From the NCBI GenBank assembly GCA_038087875.1, contig CM075987.1, positions 22,072,001 through 22,136,000 on the forward strand: a stretch of 64,000 bases of DNA, read 5' to 3'. The translations under genes were made by a program, and so were the position numbers. Each line of letters opens with the position of its first letter. Position 1 is the first letter of the stretch. The stretch is from Malacoraja senta (lineage: Eukaryota). The notes beneath the pieces are model-generated. The model did no database searches, was not told the DNA's origin, and saw only the letters and a list, made by a program, of their open reading frames with translations. Shown piece by piece: positions 13,500 through 24,429 of this stretch.

Positions 13500-15390
13500 A
13501 ACTTTGGTTTCAATTACATTGTCATATGCATTGAACAATGAAAGTCTTACTCGCTGCCACTTTACATGCATAATAGATGCAAGAACAAATACAAAAATGT
13601 GGTTACTTTCAGCAAGACCATAATGATGCAGAAAAAAACCCACATGTAGAGTGGCCATAGAGGTCCAATGCTCCAGGTAGCGTTGTGCAGCGTGGTTCAA
13701 GAATCTGATAATTAATGGGAGGAAACCGTTCTTGAACCTGGAGGTAACTGTTCTTAGGCTCCTGTACTTTCTTGCCAATGGTAACAGCAAGATGAGGGTG
13801 AGATCAGGGTGCATGCACACACAGGGTGTGGGTCAAATTTAAAGATGGTGCTGGAGCGGTCTCTAGCTATAGTCATAGAGAGTGTCGAGCAGAGGACTGA
13901 ACACAAAGTCAACGTGCCATTGTGCCGATGGTTAGTGAGGTATTATTACCATTCCATTATAAATAAGGTCTCCCCCTTTGAGGAAGTGGAGGATGCAGTT
14001 ACATAGTGAAGAGCAGAGGCCCAGTTCAGAGTTTGTGGGCCAGTGTGGAAGGGTTTTAAATGGTGATCTGTAATTGATGTACAACTGCCTGACATAACTG
14101 TTCCTGTTTTTCCAAGAGGTCCAGTGCAGAGTGGAGAACCAGTGAGATCACATCCCCTGTCAATCTGTTGTGATAGTGGGCAAATTGATGCGGTCGAGGC
14201 CCTTACTGCGGCAGTAACAGATATGCATCATAGCCGACCCCTAAGCATTTCATGAGAATGGTCACGAGCGCTGCTGGTCACTTGAGGTACATCACTGTGC
14301 TCTTCTTGGGTACTTGCATTATGGATGTTCTTTTAATGGTGGTGGGGTACCTTAGAGGGGTTGAAGCTATCTGCCATAACCCCAGCCAATTGGTCTGTAC
14401 AGGTTTTGAGAATGCAGCCAGGTGCATTATGAGGGCTGAATGCTTTGAGGGTTCAACTACTTGAAGGACCTTCGGTCATCGGCCTCAAAGACCGAGACCT
14501 GAGAGTAATTGCTCCATCATGAATGTACATTGTTGCACTCCCTTTAAGAGTGAGCATAGAAAACATCGAGTTGGTCGAAAAATGATGCATCATTTGAGCT
14601 ACTGTTTCCCCTTGTGGCAAGTGATGGCAAACAACTATCCAAACCTCCACTTTGGTCTGTAAGTATCTGTTTGCAATGGGCTTCCGGGGGTCAGACATGG
14701 ACAACTCAATCACCCAATTTGAACGCTACTGATGTAGTCCTCAGTGGATTGCAGATCTACTGGTTCATCCAAGGCTGCTGGTTAGAGAACTCAGATTGTC
14801 AATACATTTCTTTAAAGTCAGTAACAATCATGGTACACAAAAATGCTGGAGAAACTCAGCGGGTGCAGCAGCATCTATGGAGCGAAGGAAATAGGTAACG
14901 TTTCAGGCCGAAACCCTTCTTCATGGGATGTTCATTCCCGTCTGTTGCCAACTCTTTGAACATCACCCAGTCTACTGGGCCCCAAGCAGTTGCAGTCACA
15001 GCTCTGCCTCTGCTGGCGAGCTCTGTACAATGTTCTTCAGACCTGCACTCTCATTGCCCAAGGGGTACAGGCAGTAAGTCTTATTTTCCAAAGTGCAGGC
15101 AAGGGTGGCGTGATATTTGTCACTGATGTGGGGTAGCAGTGGGCGAGAATGTTTGATCATCTGATGGTGTAGGAAACACGTTGAGGATATTTTAGAAATC
15201 TTAGTTTGTGGTAATGATGGAAAAGATTTTGGGTATACCAACTCATGTTTGTTGACCATGGTGAAGAGTTCAACTGCTAGCTGATTGCCTACCCAGGCTC
15301 ATAATAAGTTACAATACTCCCTACCCGTGGAAGGTAGAGACAGCACTTCACTGTTAGATGTTCCAGGTGGGGTGTGGGAGTAGTTGTCTG
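13500..15390 (-). mobile_element. Degraded Rex1/Babar LINE
   Basis: Minus-strand LLPLARKYRSLRTVTSRFKNGFLPLIIRFLN resembles the Rex1 C-terminus. RT remnants lie at ~14000-14450. Interrupted by a Penelope terminus at 14835-14922. Confidence 0.7.
14835..14922 (-). mobile_element. Penelope-like terminal repeat
   Basis: Near-identical to 2035-2120 and truncated at the hammerhead core (ggtaacgtttcaggccgaaacccttcttca). Confidence 0.75.
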
Positions 15391-15444
15391 ATAGAATCAC
15401 CATGTCCAAGCACCATGTCTCTTCCTTTTGCTGACAACTTGGCA

Positions 15445-15700
15445 CAGTGGCAGGCACAGTTGCTGCCTGAGAACCAGAGATTTAGGTTTAAACCTGGGTG
15501 CTGACTGCATGCAGTTTGGATATTTTTCTTGTGATTGCATAAGTTTCGTCACACCCCAAAGACGCACAGGGTCAGCGGCCTCTAAATGACCCAGAAACAT
15601 GTAGGAAGTGCATGTAAAAGTGGAAAACTGAGCTGAATGGCTGAATAATGGTCAGCATGGACTGTGCGCCAAAGGGCCTGTTTCCATGCTGTATCTTTCA
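15445..15700 (+). mobile_element. HE1-type V-SINE (degraded)
   Basis: tRNA-like head and the tail ggtcagcatggactgtgcgccaaagggcctgtttccatgctgtatct. Confidence 0.65.
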
Positions 15701-15801
15701 AACATCATTCAGTTCTTGTGATGGATCAACTCTATGGTCTCTCTGGAGGGTCAAGTCTTGAGCTGGGGGTGAAGTCATGTCTCTATCAATTAGAGCACAT
15801 A

Positions 15802-17417
15802 CAGTGGCTTGCAAAAGTATTCATACCCCTTGAACTTTTCCACATTTTGTCACGTTACAACCACAAACGTAATGTATTTTATTGGGATTTTATGTGATAG
15901 ACCAACACAAAGTGGCGCATAATTGTGAAGTGGAAGGAAAATGATACATGGTTTTCAATTTTTTTTACAAATAAAAAACGGAAAAGTGTCGCGTAGAAAA
16001 GTATTCAGCCCCCTTTACTCTGATACCGCTAAATAAAATCCAGTGCGACCAATTGCCTTCAGAAGTCACCTAATTAGTAAATAGAGTCCACTTGTGTGTA
16101 ATCTAATCTCAGTATAAATACAGCTGTTCTGTGAAGGCCTCAGAGGTTTGTTAGAGAACATTAGTGAACAAACAGCATCACGAAGCCCAAGGAACACACC
16201 AGACAGGTCAGGGATAAAGTTGTGGAGAAGTTTAAAGCAGGGTTAGGTTATAAAAAAATATCCCAAGCTTTGAACATCTCACGGAGCACTGTTCAATCCA
16301 TCATCCGAAAATGGAAAGAGTATGGCACAACTGCAAACCTACCAAGACATGGCCGTCCACCTAAATTGACAGGCCAGGCAAGGAGAGCAATGATCAGAGA
16401 AGCAGCCAAGAGGCCCATGGTAACTCTGGAGGAGCTGCAGAGATCCACAGCTCAGGTGGGAGAATCTGTCCACAGGACAACTATTAGTCGTGCACTCCAC
16501 AAATCGGGTCTTTATGGAAGAGTGGCAAGAAGAAAGCCATTGTTGAAAAAAAGCCATTAGAAGTCCCTTTTGCAGTTTGCCACAAGCCATGTGGGGGACA
16601 CAGCAAACATGTGGAGGAAGGTGCTCTGGTCAGATGAGACCAAAATTGAAGTTTTTGGCCTAAATGCAAAACGCTATGTGTGGCGGAAACCTAACACTGC
16701 ACATCATCCTGAACACATCATCCCCACTGTGAAACATGGTGGTGGCAGCATCATGCTGTGGGGATGCTTTTCTTCAGCAGGGACAGGTAAGCTGGTCAGA
16801 GTTGATGGGAAGATGGATGGAGCCAAATACAGGGCAATCTTGGAAGAAAACCTGTTAGAGTCTGCAAAGGACTTGAGACTGGGGCAGAGGTTCACCTTCC
16901 AGCAGGACAACGACCTTAAACATACAGCCAGAGCTACAATTGAATGGTTTAGATCAAAGCATATTCATGTGTTAGAATGGCCCAGTCAAAGTCCAGACCT
17001 AAATCCAATTGAGAATCTCTGGCAAGACTTGAAAATTGCTGTTCACAGATGCTCTCCATCCAATCTGACTGAGCTTCAGCTATTTTGCAAAGAAGAATGG
17101 GCAAAAATTTCAGTCTCTAGATGTGCAAAGCTGGTAGAGACATACCCCAAAAGACTTGCAGCTGTAATTGCAGCGAAAGGTGGTTCTACAAAGTATTGAC
17201 TCAGGGGGGCTGAATACTTTTGCACGCGACACTTTTCAGTTTTTTATTTGTAAAAAAATTTGAAAATCATGTATCATTTTCCTTCCACTTCACAATTATG
17301 CACCACTTTGTGTCGGTCTATCACATAAAATCCCAATAAAATACATTTACGTTTGCGGTTGTAACGTGACAAAATGTGGAAAGGTTCAAGGGGTATGAAA
17401 ACTTTTGCAAGCCACTG
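15802..17417 (+). mobile_element. Full-length Tc1/mariner transposon, Passport(PPTN)-like, DD34E
   Basis: Flanked by TA at 15800-15801 and 17418-17419. TIRs of ~212 bp start CAGTGGCTTGCAAAAG (15802-~16013 and ~17205-17417) and contain an internal direct repeat AAAAGTATTCA (IR/DR). A transposase lies inside. Length 1616 bp. Confidence 0.97.
16180..17199 (+). pseudogene. Tc1 transposase (339 codons); start mutated ATG>ACG and one in-frame TAG
   Basis: One frame from ACG at 16180 (xKPKEHTRQVRDKVVEK...) to TGA at 17199, with a premature TAG at 16558-16560. Contains the paired-like HTH, a GRPP motif, and the triad WSDETK / QDND-(34 aa)-NPIE. Ends AAKGGSTKY. Confidence 0.95.
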
Positions 17418-19559
17418 TAGCATTCCCCATGTCCCCTTGGCAAAGCAATGTTGCCCTCAAGTCCTCTCCTACCTAAAGTCAAGTTAAAACTCTAGGTTAA
17501 ACCTCACCTACACATAAAAAGCCAAGTTGTTGCAGTGATTTTTTTACGAGTGGTTGCAGTGTCAGATTCACTGGAATGCTACTGCAGCGAAGTAGGTTCA
17601 ACTAAAGATTTAATCCATGAGTTTGTAATATTAAAATGCCTCTACGTTAAAAAGTTAATGTTGAAGAGAAATAATTTCCTAAACGGGGTCAATGAAGAAA
17701 ATGCATCATAAACTTCATGAGCAACATCCAGAAATATTATTCAGTACAAAGGATCAGTATACAAATCTGCCCCCAAGATGCTTTGAACCTGGCAATAAAT
17801 TGAAGTCAAGAGACTTATTTAGCAAAGATGGCAGTTATGAAGAGATCAGCTATGATCCAATTGATCTCATCTATATCAGCTTATTTTAGCCAACAGCACA
17901 ATCATATTGTTTAAAGTTTGCGATGTATCTGCTATACCACGCGAAAATTGAACTATAGACCTTTTTCCAAAAATATCATCCATAGAGATAAATTCATTGA
18001 ATACCGCACATTTGAAAAGTCAAAGATAGAGTTATAACCAAGTTCATTCTTGTGTTTACAAAAGCAGACTGCTAAAGTTAAAACGATTTTAGTTAAAAAA
18101 TGCAGAACTAGAAATGGACAGTCCAGAAACAAGCCCAATACTCCATTTAGACAACTGATCCCAGGCTGCAGTTTTGAACAAAGTTCCAAATCATTATTTG
18201 CAAACACTTCCCACTTTTCCTCCTGAACGGCATAGCTACATTTTCCTACTTTGCTCCAGTTCTGGATTCCAAATTGAATAGTTTCTGTATTTACCCCAAG
18301 TCATTCTAATCATCTACACAAAACCATCTTAGTGAACTTGAGTTTCAAACGTTGTTTGGTCCAGATTAGGAACCTTTCATAGAAAATATTGTTTTACAAT
18401 AACATTATCAATTGCTTACATACATTTTCCCCTCCCCCATGGAAGTTTGCTCATTTGCTACATTTCTTTTTGCCAGTTTGACTTTTCAAAATTGTAATGC
18501 CATGGGGCAAATTGGAGTTTTATGCAGGAAGCTTAACATATTATTGGTTTAGAAATCCCATAATGTGGAGGTGTTGATATTCAAAGAGAAACCATGTTTG
18601 TAGATGCTTGTTCCTAGTGTGGTACTGAGCCCTAGACCAGGGCTGGTAGTGAGCAACAATGAAACTGAATTCTAGGAAGTTTCAAACTATTTACTACTCC
18701 ATATGCTGCCCAACCCTAATAATTCCAAATTTGTGCAATCACTGAGCTTTCACTGGTTTGCACCCCAAGCCTAAAGAGGTGCCAAAGTGAAAATGCAATG
18801 CAAACATTAGAGTGTATGGAAATGGGCCCTTCAGCCCAGCTTCTCAGTCTAAAGGATCTCACCCAAAACATCACCCATTCCTTCTCTCCAGAGATGCTGA
18901 CCGTCTTGCTGGGTTACTCCAGCATTTTGTATCTATCTTCGGTGTATAGCTAACATCTGCAGTACCATCCTACACATTCTTCAGCTCGGCTCCTTCCAGC
19001 TGTCCAAGATGCCTCATCCAAGATAATCCCATTTGCCTATGTTTGGCCCATATACCTCTAAACCTTTCCATTCATTTCCACACCTTTTCAAATAGCTTTA
19101 AAGTGCTGCAGTACCTGCCTCGACTGGTAGATCCTTCCATATAACCACCTTCCTGAGTGAATTACTCGGGATGTCATTGTCCAATTACAGTAACATTCCA
19201 TTGGGCCCCCTGGAAGGGGACAAGAAACCAGACTGTTCCCAAGCTTTGGATAAGCAGAAATAGTTTCAGCAGCCAGGTTCCACCTGATCAAATGAGATCC
19301 ATGAGCTTTAAGAATGACAATTCCCCATACAAATTCACCAAGTAGAACAACCGTAACCATTTGATTGCAAGCATTAAAGTGTCAAGATTCAGCCAAGTAG
19401 ACTGTTATTTTGGTGGGATCAGAAACCCAACATCAGGAAACAATTTAAAGGATGGAGGAAAAATGTTAGGACCAGAATGGTTTACATCATCCTTGGCAAG
19501 CTTGGAGATTTAAGGAAATTTGAGCAAGCAAGCTTAAAAAAGTAACAGATCAGTTAAAT

Positions 19560-19835
19560 TTAGGAAACAGGCCCTTCAGTCCACGCTGACTATTAATCAG
19601 CTGTTCCATAGTGCCATGGTATCTCACTTTCTCATCCACTCCCACAGTAGGATTTTACAGAGGCCTACATACCTCATGCATTTGGGATGTGACAGCAAAC
19701 CATAGCACCCAGAGGAAACACACGAGGTCATAGGGGCACAGAGTACGTGCATGGTCCACAGACAGCACCCAAGGTCAAGATCAAACCTGGGTCTCTGGTG
19801 CTAAGGCAGTAGCTTTATCAGTTGCACCACTGCTG
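19560..19835 (-). mobile_element. HE1-type V-SINE
   Basis: Reverse complement of the SINE at 9780 (acagacagcacccaaggtcaagatcaaacctgggtctctgg...). Confidence 0.7.
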
Positions 19836-20388
19836 ACCTAAAAATACTAAAACGTTTTTGCTCAAATTTTCCACTTGATACAATATAAAGTGACATCAGT
19901 CTTAAGTGACTAAGATGGTCAGGGGAGCAGTTGCATGGGAAAACCACCAGCAAGATGCACTCTCCCACCTTGAGCATTCATCACCATGGGAACAGGGCTC
20001 ATTCTGCTCAGCCAACGTGATCTCGACTCACTCGATCTACTCCTCCGTGCCAGACAGAAAACACTTAACTGACCCCAGACTTTAGGTGGTGCAAAGAGAT
20101 TCCAAATCTCACATTTAGTCGCCTTGATCCCACCAAAGTAAATTTGTCAACACAAATTTCACTCAAGATCTCAATCAGAACCCTCCCTTAATCTTTTAAA
20201 CTCAAAATACACCGGTTCTCAATGTAACCTTTCAAGACGCAGCACAGCGAAACAAGGATTTAAAGCAAAAACGCACACTTGGCAAACGCACGGCTGGGGA
20301 ATTGACACAAGTTTGAAAGGAACTCAAGATTCTTTAAAATAGTTGTGCACTAAAAGGACCAACCGTTCAAGTAGGTAATGATATACTG

Positions 20389-20394
20389 TTTATT
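20389..20394 (-). terminator. Candidate IER5L polyadenylation signal (AATAAA)
   Basis: TTTATT on + at 20389-20394, near the end of the TE-free, CpG-containing block, implying a ~1.6 kb 3' UTR. An alternative AATAAA lies at 20887-20892. Confidence 0.5.
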
Positions 20395-20752
20395 AAAAGC
20401 ACAAAAGTACAGATACAAACACAGTAGAGATGATGTTGACAGATGAAACCTCCCAAATTAAAACTGGTCAGTTACACGCTATAAACGTTTCATTAAAAAC
20501 TTTGAACCTTAACACCTTTTTACAACAAAAGGCTTCGCCAAACAAACTTTGGCAAGAAAATTTGCATCGGGTAACATTTCGTTCAGTTTACCGATTCATA
20601 AAATGGAAACACTGTTAACAGCCTCACCATTTAACTGCACGCTCACGTTAAAAGGTTCACTGTGTTGAACTGCTCGACGACAAAACAAAACGTTGAAAAG
20701 CTTTTGGAACCAGATTAATCAAGGGGGGGGGGGGGGGGGGGAAGAACTGTTC

Positions 20753-20760
20753 TATTTACA
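20753..20760 (-). promoter_or_regulatory. Pumilio response element (UGUAAAUA) in the putative IER5L 3' UTR
   Basis: + strand tatttaca = TGTAAATA on the mRNA strand, an exact UGUANAUA match. Confidence 0.45.
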
Positions 20761-21956
20761 AAACGCAAAAATAAAAATTGCAACCCTGATCTGGACAAAT
20801 GCTCGTCTGAAGTAGCGTTTTAATCCGCGTCCATCACATCGCGCTGTTTCAATGACTACTGCCCCCGACTATAACCAAATGAAAGTTTTATTTGTGAGTG
20901 GGAATGTGTAGGAAATCATTCTGCGTTACAATACTATGCAGACCAGTGTCAGGCGGGTGACTTTTCCATGTTAGGTGGGATGTTACCAGCGCAATATCAA
21001 CTTTAAAATAGAAATCACTACACTGTTTCAGTGCTCTGCATTTAAAATTCGTAGCAAACGCACAGGAGAATCAACATTACAAGTCTTCCACTAATGTAAT
21101 TTCAAATACACTTTGGACGAATTGTTGGCGATTCACATTGCGCGCGTTAAAGTTTTAACAAAGGAGTAAATATCTTTCCAAATTATAATTGGTTGATGTT
21201 TCGCCATCGTTAAAAAAAAACGCGGAATGAAAATAATTTTAGAAACAGCGTTTAAAAAGTGCTCCCAATGCAGGAAAACCAACATTTAAAACAATAGGAG
21301 CCAATGGGCCCCACCACTCCCAAAAGGGAGTAGAAGTTAATGCAATTTGAAGTCGCGTTATCTCAAATAAGAAAGTTAAAATTTAGGAAACGTTTAGAAG
21401 TCTGCTGAATTTTAAAAGGAGACGTTTTCGGGGGAAAAAGTTGCGCCACAAGATCAATTTAATTCCGCATTGTGGAGAGTAGGTGCATGTCTCCTTTAAA
21501 AGCGCAGGGCCGGGTCACGTGACGCCGCCAGCTTCCCCCCGCCCCCATTCAACCCAACGGCGACGATCCCTGGCGTCAGGGAGTCTGACACCATTTAAAG
21601 GGACAGCGCTCCTCTTAAAGCGACACCAATTTCGCGCTGGTTTGGAAAAAGTGGCACTCAAAATCCGTGGCTTCTCGTTTTTAGCTCTGGGGGAAAAAAA
21701 AACACCTCATTCTACCTCCCCAACCCCATCAAAGATTTACGCAAGTCAATCATCCAATTTCCGGGGGAGGGGTCGTGGGGGTGCTGACCTCCAAGTCTTA
21801 CATTGTAAACGATTGACTTTTTAAGTTGCTATGCTTTTAAGTTCCGAACCTCCAAAACAAACAAAATAACACATTTGTCTTCAGTTGGAAGTGTGGTCCA
21901 GATTTGTTCTGCCTGTTACAGTATAAAAATAATAAACACAGCACAAGCACACGTAT

Positions 21957-21960
<4 letters not shown>

Positions 21961-21994
<34 letters not shown>
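21961..21994. repeat. (CA)17 microsatellite, read as (UG)17 in the IER5L 3' UTR
   Basis: Perfect dinucleotide run starting 11 nt after the IER5L stop codon. Confidence 0.98.
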
Positions 21995-21996
<2 letters not shown>

Positions 21997-22005
21997 GGAA
22001 AGCGC

Positions 22006-22857
22006 TCAGAAAGCCACGATCGCTCTAGTCCATGCCCCTAAACTGGCGAGCGCCTGTTTGCTGCACAATTGCCCGTTCTGTTTGACTTCTGACTGAAGCA
22101 ACTGCTCCGAGTCCGCCCGGCTCACCAAGCCGGAGAAGCCCGAGCCGAAGATAGAGATAAGGTTGGAGATGTTGGAAGGGTCCGTGCAGTCCAAGGTTTG
22201 CCCGGAGCTAGAGTAGTCTTCGAACCGGACTCGCTTAACCGGCGAAGAAAAGTCTTCTGCTTCGTTTGGGTAAAAGCTACTGCTCGAGTCCGACTTGCGC
22301 TTCCTGCCGCCGGTACTGCTGGCGCAACAACAGGCGCAGTCTTGGAGGTAGCCGTTGTCCACCGTGGTGACTGTGTGAGTGTCCAGATCCAGCACTGTGG
22401 TCTTGGTACAGTGGGTCCCACCAACGCCACCACCTCCCGACGGCTCATAGTTCGTGCCTGGGTACGAAGCCGAGCAAGAGAGCCGGTAAAGAGGGTGCTC
22501 AGGTTCCGCGTCCTTACTGAGTTGAGTGTGCAGGTGGCCGGGCTGGTGGTCGAGCGGGCTGCAGACGTTCTCCCCTTGGCCGCTGTTTGCCTCCACCATC
22601 TCTTCCACCACTTCGAGCGGGTGATTGCCTTGGATCTCCCCCGAGATGTCTAACATGTCGTGTACCTCCTCGTACTGGTGCATGCCGTAGATCTCGGCGT
22701 ACTTCTCGCTCATGTAGACTTGCCGGGCGTTTCGGAGCACATAGGAGACCAGGAGGTTCTTGTGAAGCTTGATACCTCCTCTCTGAGTTCTCGAATTGTG
22801 GATTTTGCGGAGAGAGATTGTGATCAAGCTTTGTGCATTGACGGCACAATCCATCAT
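22006..22857 (-). CDS. IER5L: Immediate early response 5-like protein (intronless, 283 aa)
   Basis: N-terminus MMDCAVNAQSLITISLRKIHNSRTQRGGIKLHKNLLVSYVLRNARQVY, internal TTVLDLDTHTVTTV, RKRK/KRVR basic motifs, and C-terminus ...LASLGAWTRAIVAF are characteristic of IER5L. First ATG is at 22857; the second ATG at 22854 has a better Kozak context. An in-frame TGA lies just upstream of the GTG used by the ORF track. Confidence 0.96.
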   Translation of the reverse strand: MMDCAVNAQSLITISLRKIHNSRTQRGGIKLHKNLLVSYVLRNARQVYMSEKYAEIYGMHQYEEVHDMLDISGEIQGNHPLEVVEEMVEANSGQGENVCSPLDHQPGHLHTQLSKDAEPEHPLYRLSCSASYPGTNYEPSGGGGVGGTHCTKTTVLDLDTHTVTTVDNGYLQDCACCCASSTGGRKRKSDSSSSFYPNEAEDFSSPVKRVRFEDYSSSGQTLDCTDPSNISNLISIFGSGFSGLVSRADSEQLLQSEVKQNGQLCSKQALASLGAWTRAIVAF

Positions 22858-23064
22858 GACCGACCGCCGTTGGTTCTCCACTCAATGAACAAGCCACTTT
22901 TTGTTAGTTGCCCCCACACACAAACAAAAATCCAGTCCTGTACTGGGGCGGGAGGGGAGCGGAGCTCGGCAGAGAACCTTCGCCTTTTTCTGAGTGCCTG
23001 TGTGTGTATGTGTGTTCCCAACCCACAATACGCCTTCCCTCTTCTTCCTGCACTGACACTGCGA

Positions 23065-23205
23065 GCAGTAAGAAGGTTTAGGGCAAGCCACAGCATTTAT
23101 ATGGCATGAATGAGTCATTTGCAATTTTCCCTGGCCACTCAGACTGCAGAATCGTGAGCTGATAGACAGCATCACCGCCCCGCCCCGTGTGCATCGAACC
23201 AATGG
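23065..23205 (-). promoter_or_regulatory. IER5L core/proximal promoter
   Basis: TATAAAT at 23101-23095 with an Inr-like TTACT ~32 nt downstream (TSS ~23069) and an ATG-free 5' UTR. AP-1 TGAGTCA at 23111-23117, C/EBP-like TTTGCAAT at 23118-23125, double GC box at 23175-23186, NF-Y AACCAATGG at 23197-23205. Confidence 0.8.
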
Positions 23206-24134
23206 GAGCGAGGCGGTTCCTCATTGCTGTTTAAATCCACTGTGAAAGCTGAACTGACACAGGCAAGGCTGGGGAAGGAAAAAAAAAAAATCCCTTCTAT
23301 AGCTACACTGCAACTCAGAGCACCAACTCAGCAAGGAAAAGCTTCACTCCTAAATTAGTCCCGCAAATAGAATAACCAGCATTTATCAGAACCCTTCATA
23401 ACATTTGGCACTCATTATTTAAAGCCTCAAATTTAATTGGAAGAAAAAATATTTATTGTATTTTTCCCCAAATTTTATTGAAGTACACTTTTCTGTTCTC
23501 GTGTTAAATAATCAGAAATCATCTCCACAATTGGAAAATATTCAGAGAAACTAGTTTGGAGAGGGATTTTGTTTCATTTTTAATTTCTTGCTTCCAGATT
23601 TTGTAACTTTGTAAGCACCCTTTATGGGCGACTACCTTGGGCAAGCAAAGAATTTCACTGACTTGTCACATGTGACAATAAAGTATTCAATTCAATTCAA
23701 AGACATCTTAAGTAATATGTATAACGACATAGGTGATCATTTGTCTCAACTGGTCTATAGGGGGCAATCGCATTGATATTATGTGCAGTTTTGCAGGATG
23801 AACGTGGATGTTTTGGAGAGAGTGCAGAAGAGGTTCACCAGAATGCAGCCTGGATTCGATGGTATTACCCATAAAGAGGTTGGACCAACTTGGATTTAAG
23901 AGGTTTTTTAATAAGCACATGGATATGCAAGGAATTAAGGCATTTAGTTCAAGTGTAGGCAGACATTTAATTTAATTTGTCATCATGTTCAGCACATATA
24001 TTGTCAGCCGAAGGGCGTTCTATGTTCTATTAGTCCAATTCTCCTTCTTCTCATCTCCCTATCCCCCTGCAATGGACTATTTCCCATGCAAGCCCATCAG
24101 TCCATCAATTCTCCCTTGATTTTTTCTGCCCTTA

Positions 24135-24350
24135 ACCTACACCAAATGGTAATTTACAGTTGCTAATTAACCTACCAGAATGTTTTTGGATAGGGGGAGA
24201 GGGGGAGAGGGGAAACCAGAGTACGTGAAAGAAATCCACATGAGCGCAGAGAGAACATGCAATTTCTGCACAGACAATACCTGAGGTCAGGATTGAACCT
24301 ACGTCCCTGGAGCTGCGAAGTAGCAGCACCAATTGTTGCACCATCATGCC
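24135..24350 (-). mobile_element. HE1-type V-SINE
   Basis: Reverse-strand V-domain and tRNA-like head (gaggtcaggattgaacc...gctgcgaagtagcagcac). Confidence 0.7.
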
Positions 24351-24429
24351 AGAGCAATTATGGAACACTGGAGTAATTCATGGTGGGAATGGTGGAGTGA
24401 ATAAAATGTGAGTTATTCAAGAAATTGTA

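Noticed and set aside
17692-18207. Short ORFs in the TE-poor stretch after the Tc1
   Set aside because: No recognisable homology or convincing splice signals.
22858-22881. GTG-initiated N-terminal extension of IER5L in the ORF track
   Set aside because: Homology starts at MMDCA. The ATGs at 22857/22854 are the plausible eukaryotic starts.
22122-23202. Alternative-frame and antisense ORFs over IER5L
   Set aside because: Expected shadows of a GC-rich CDS, with no recognisable domains.
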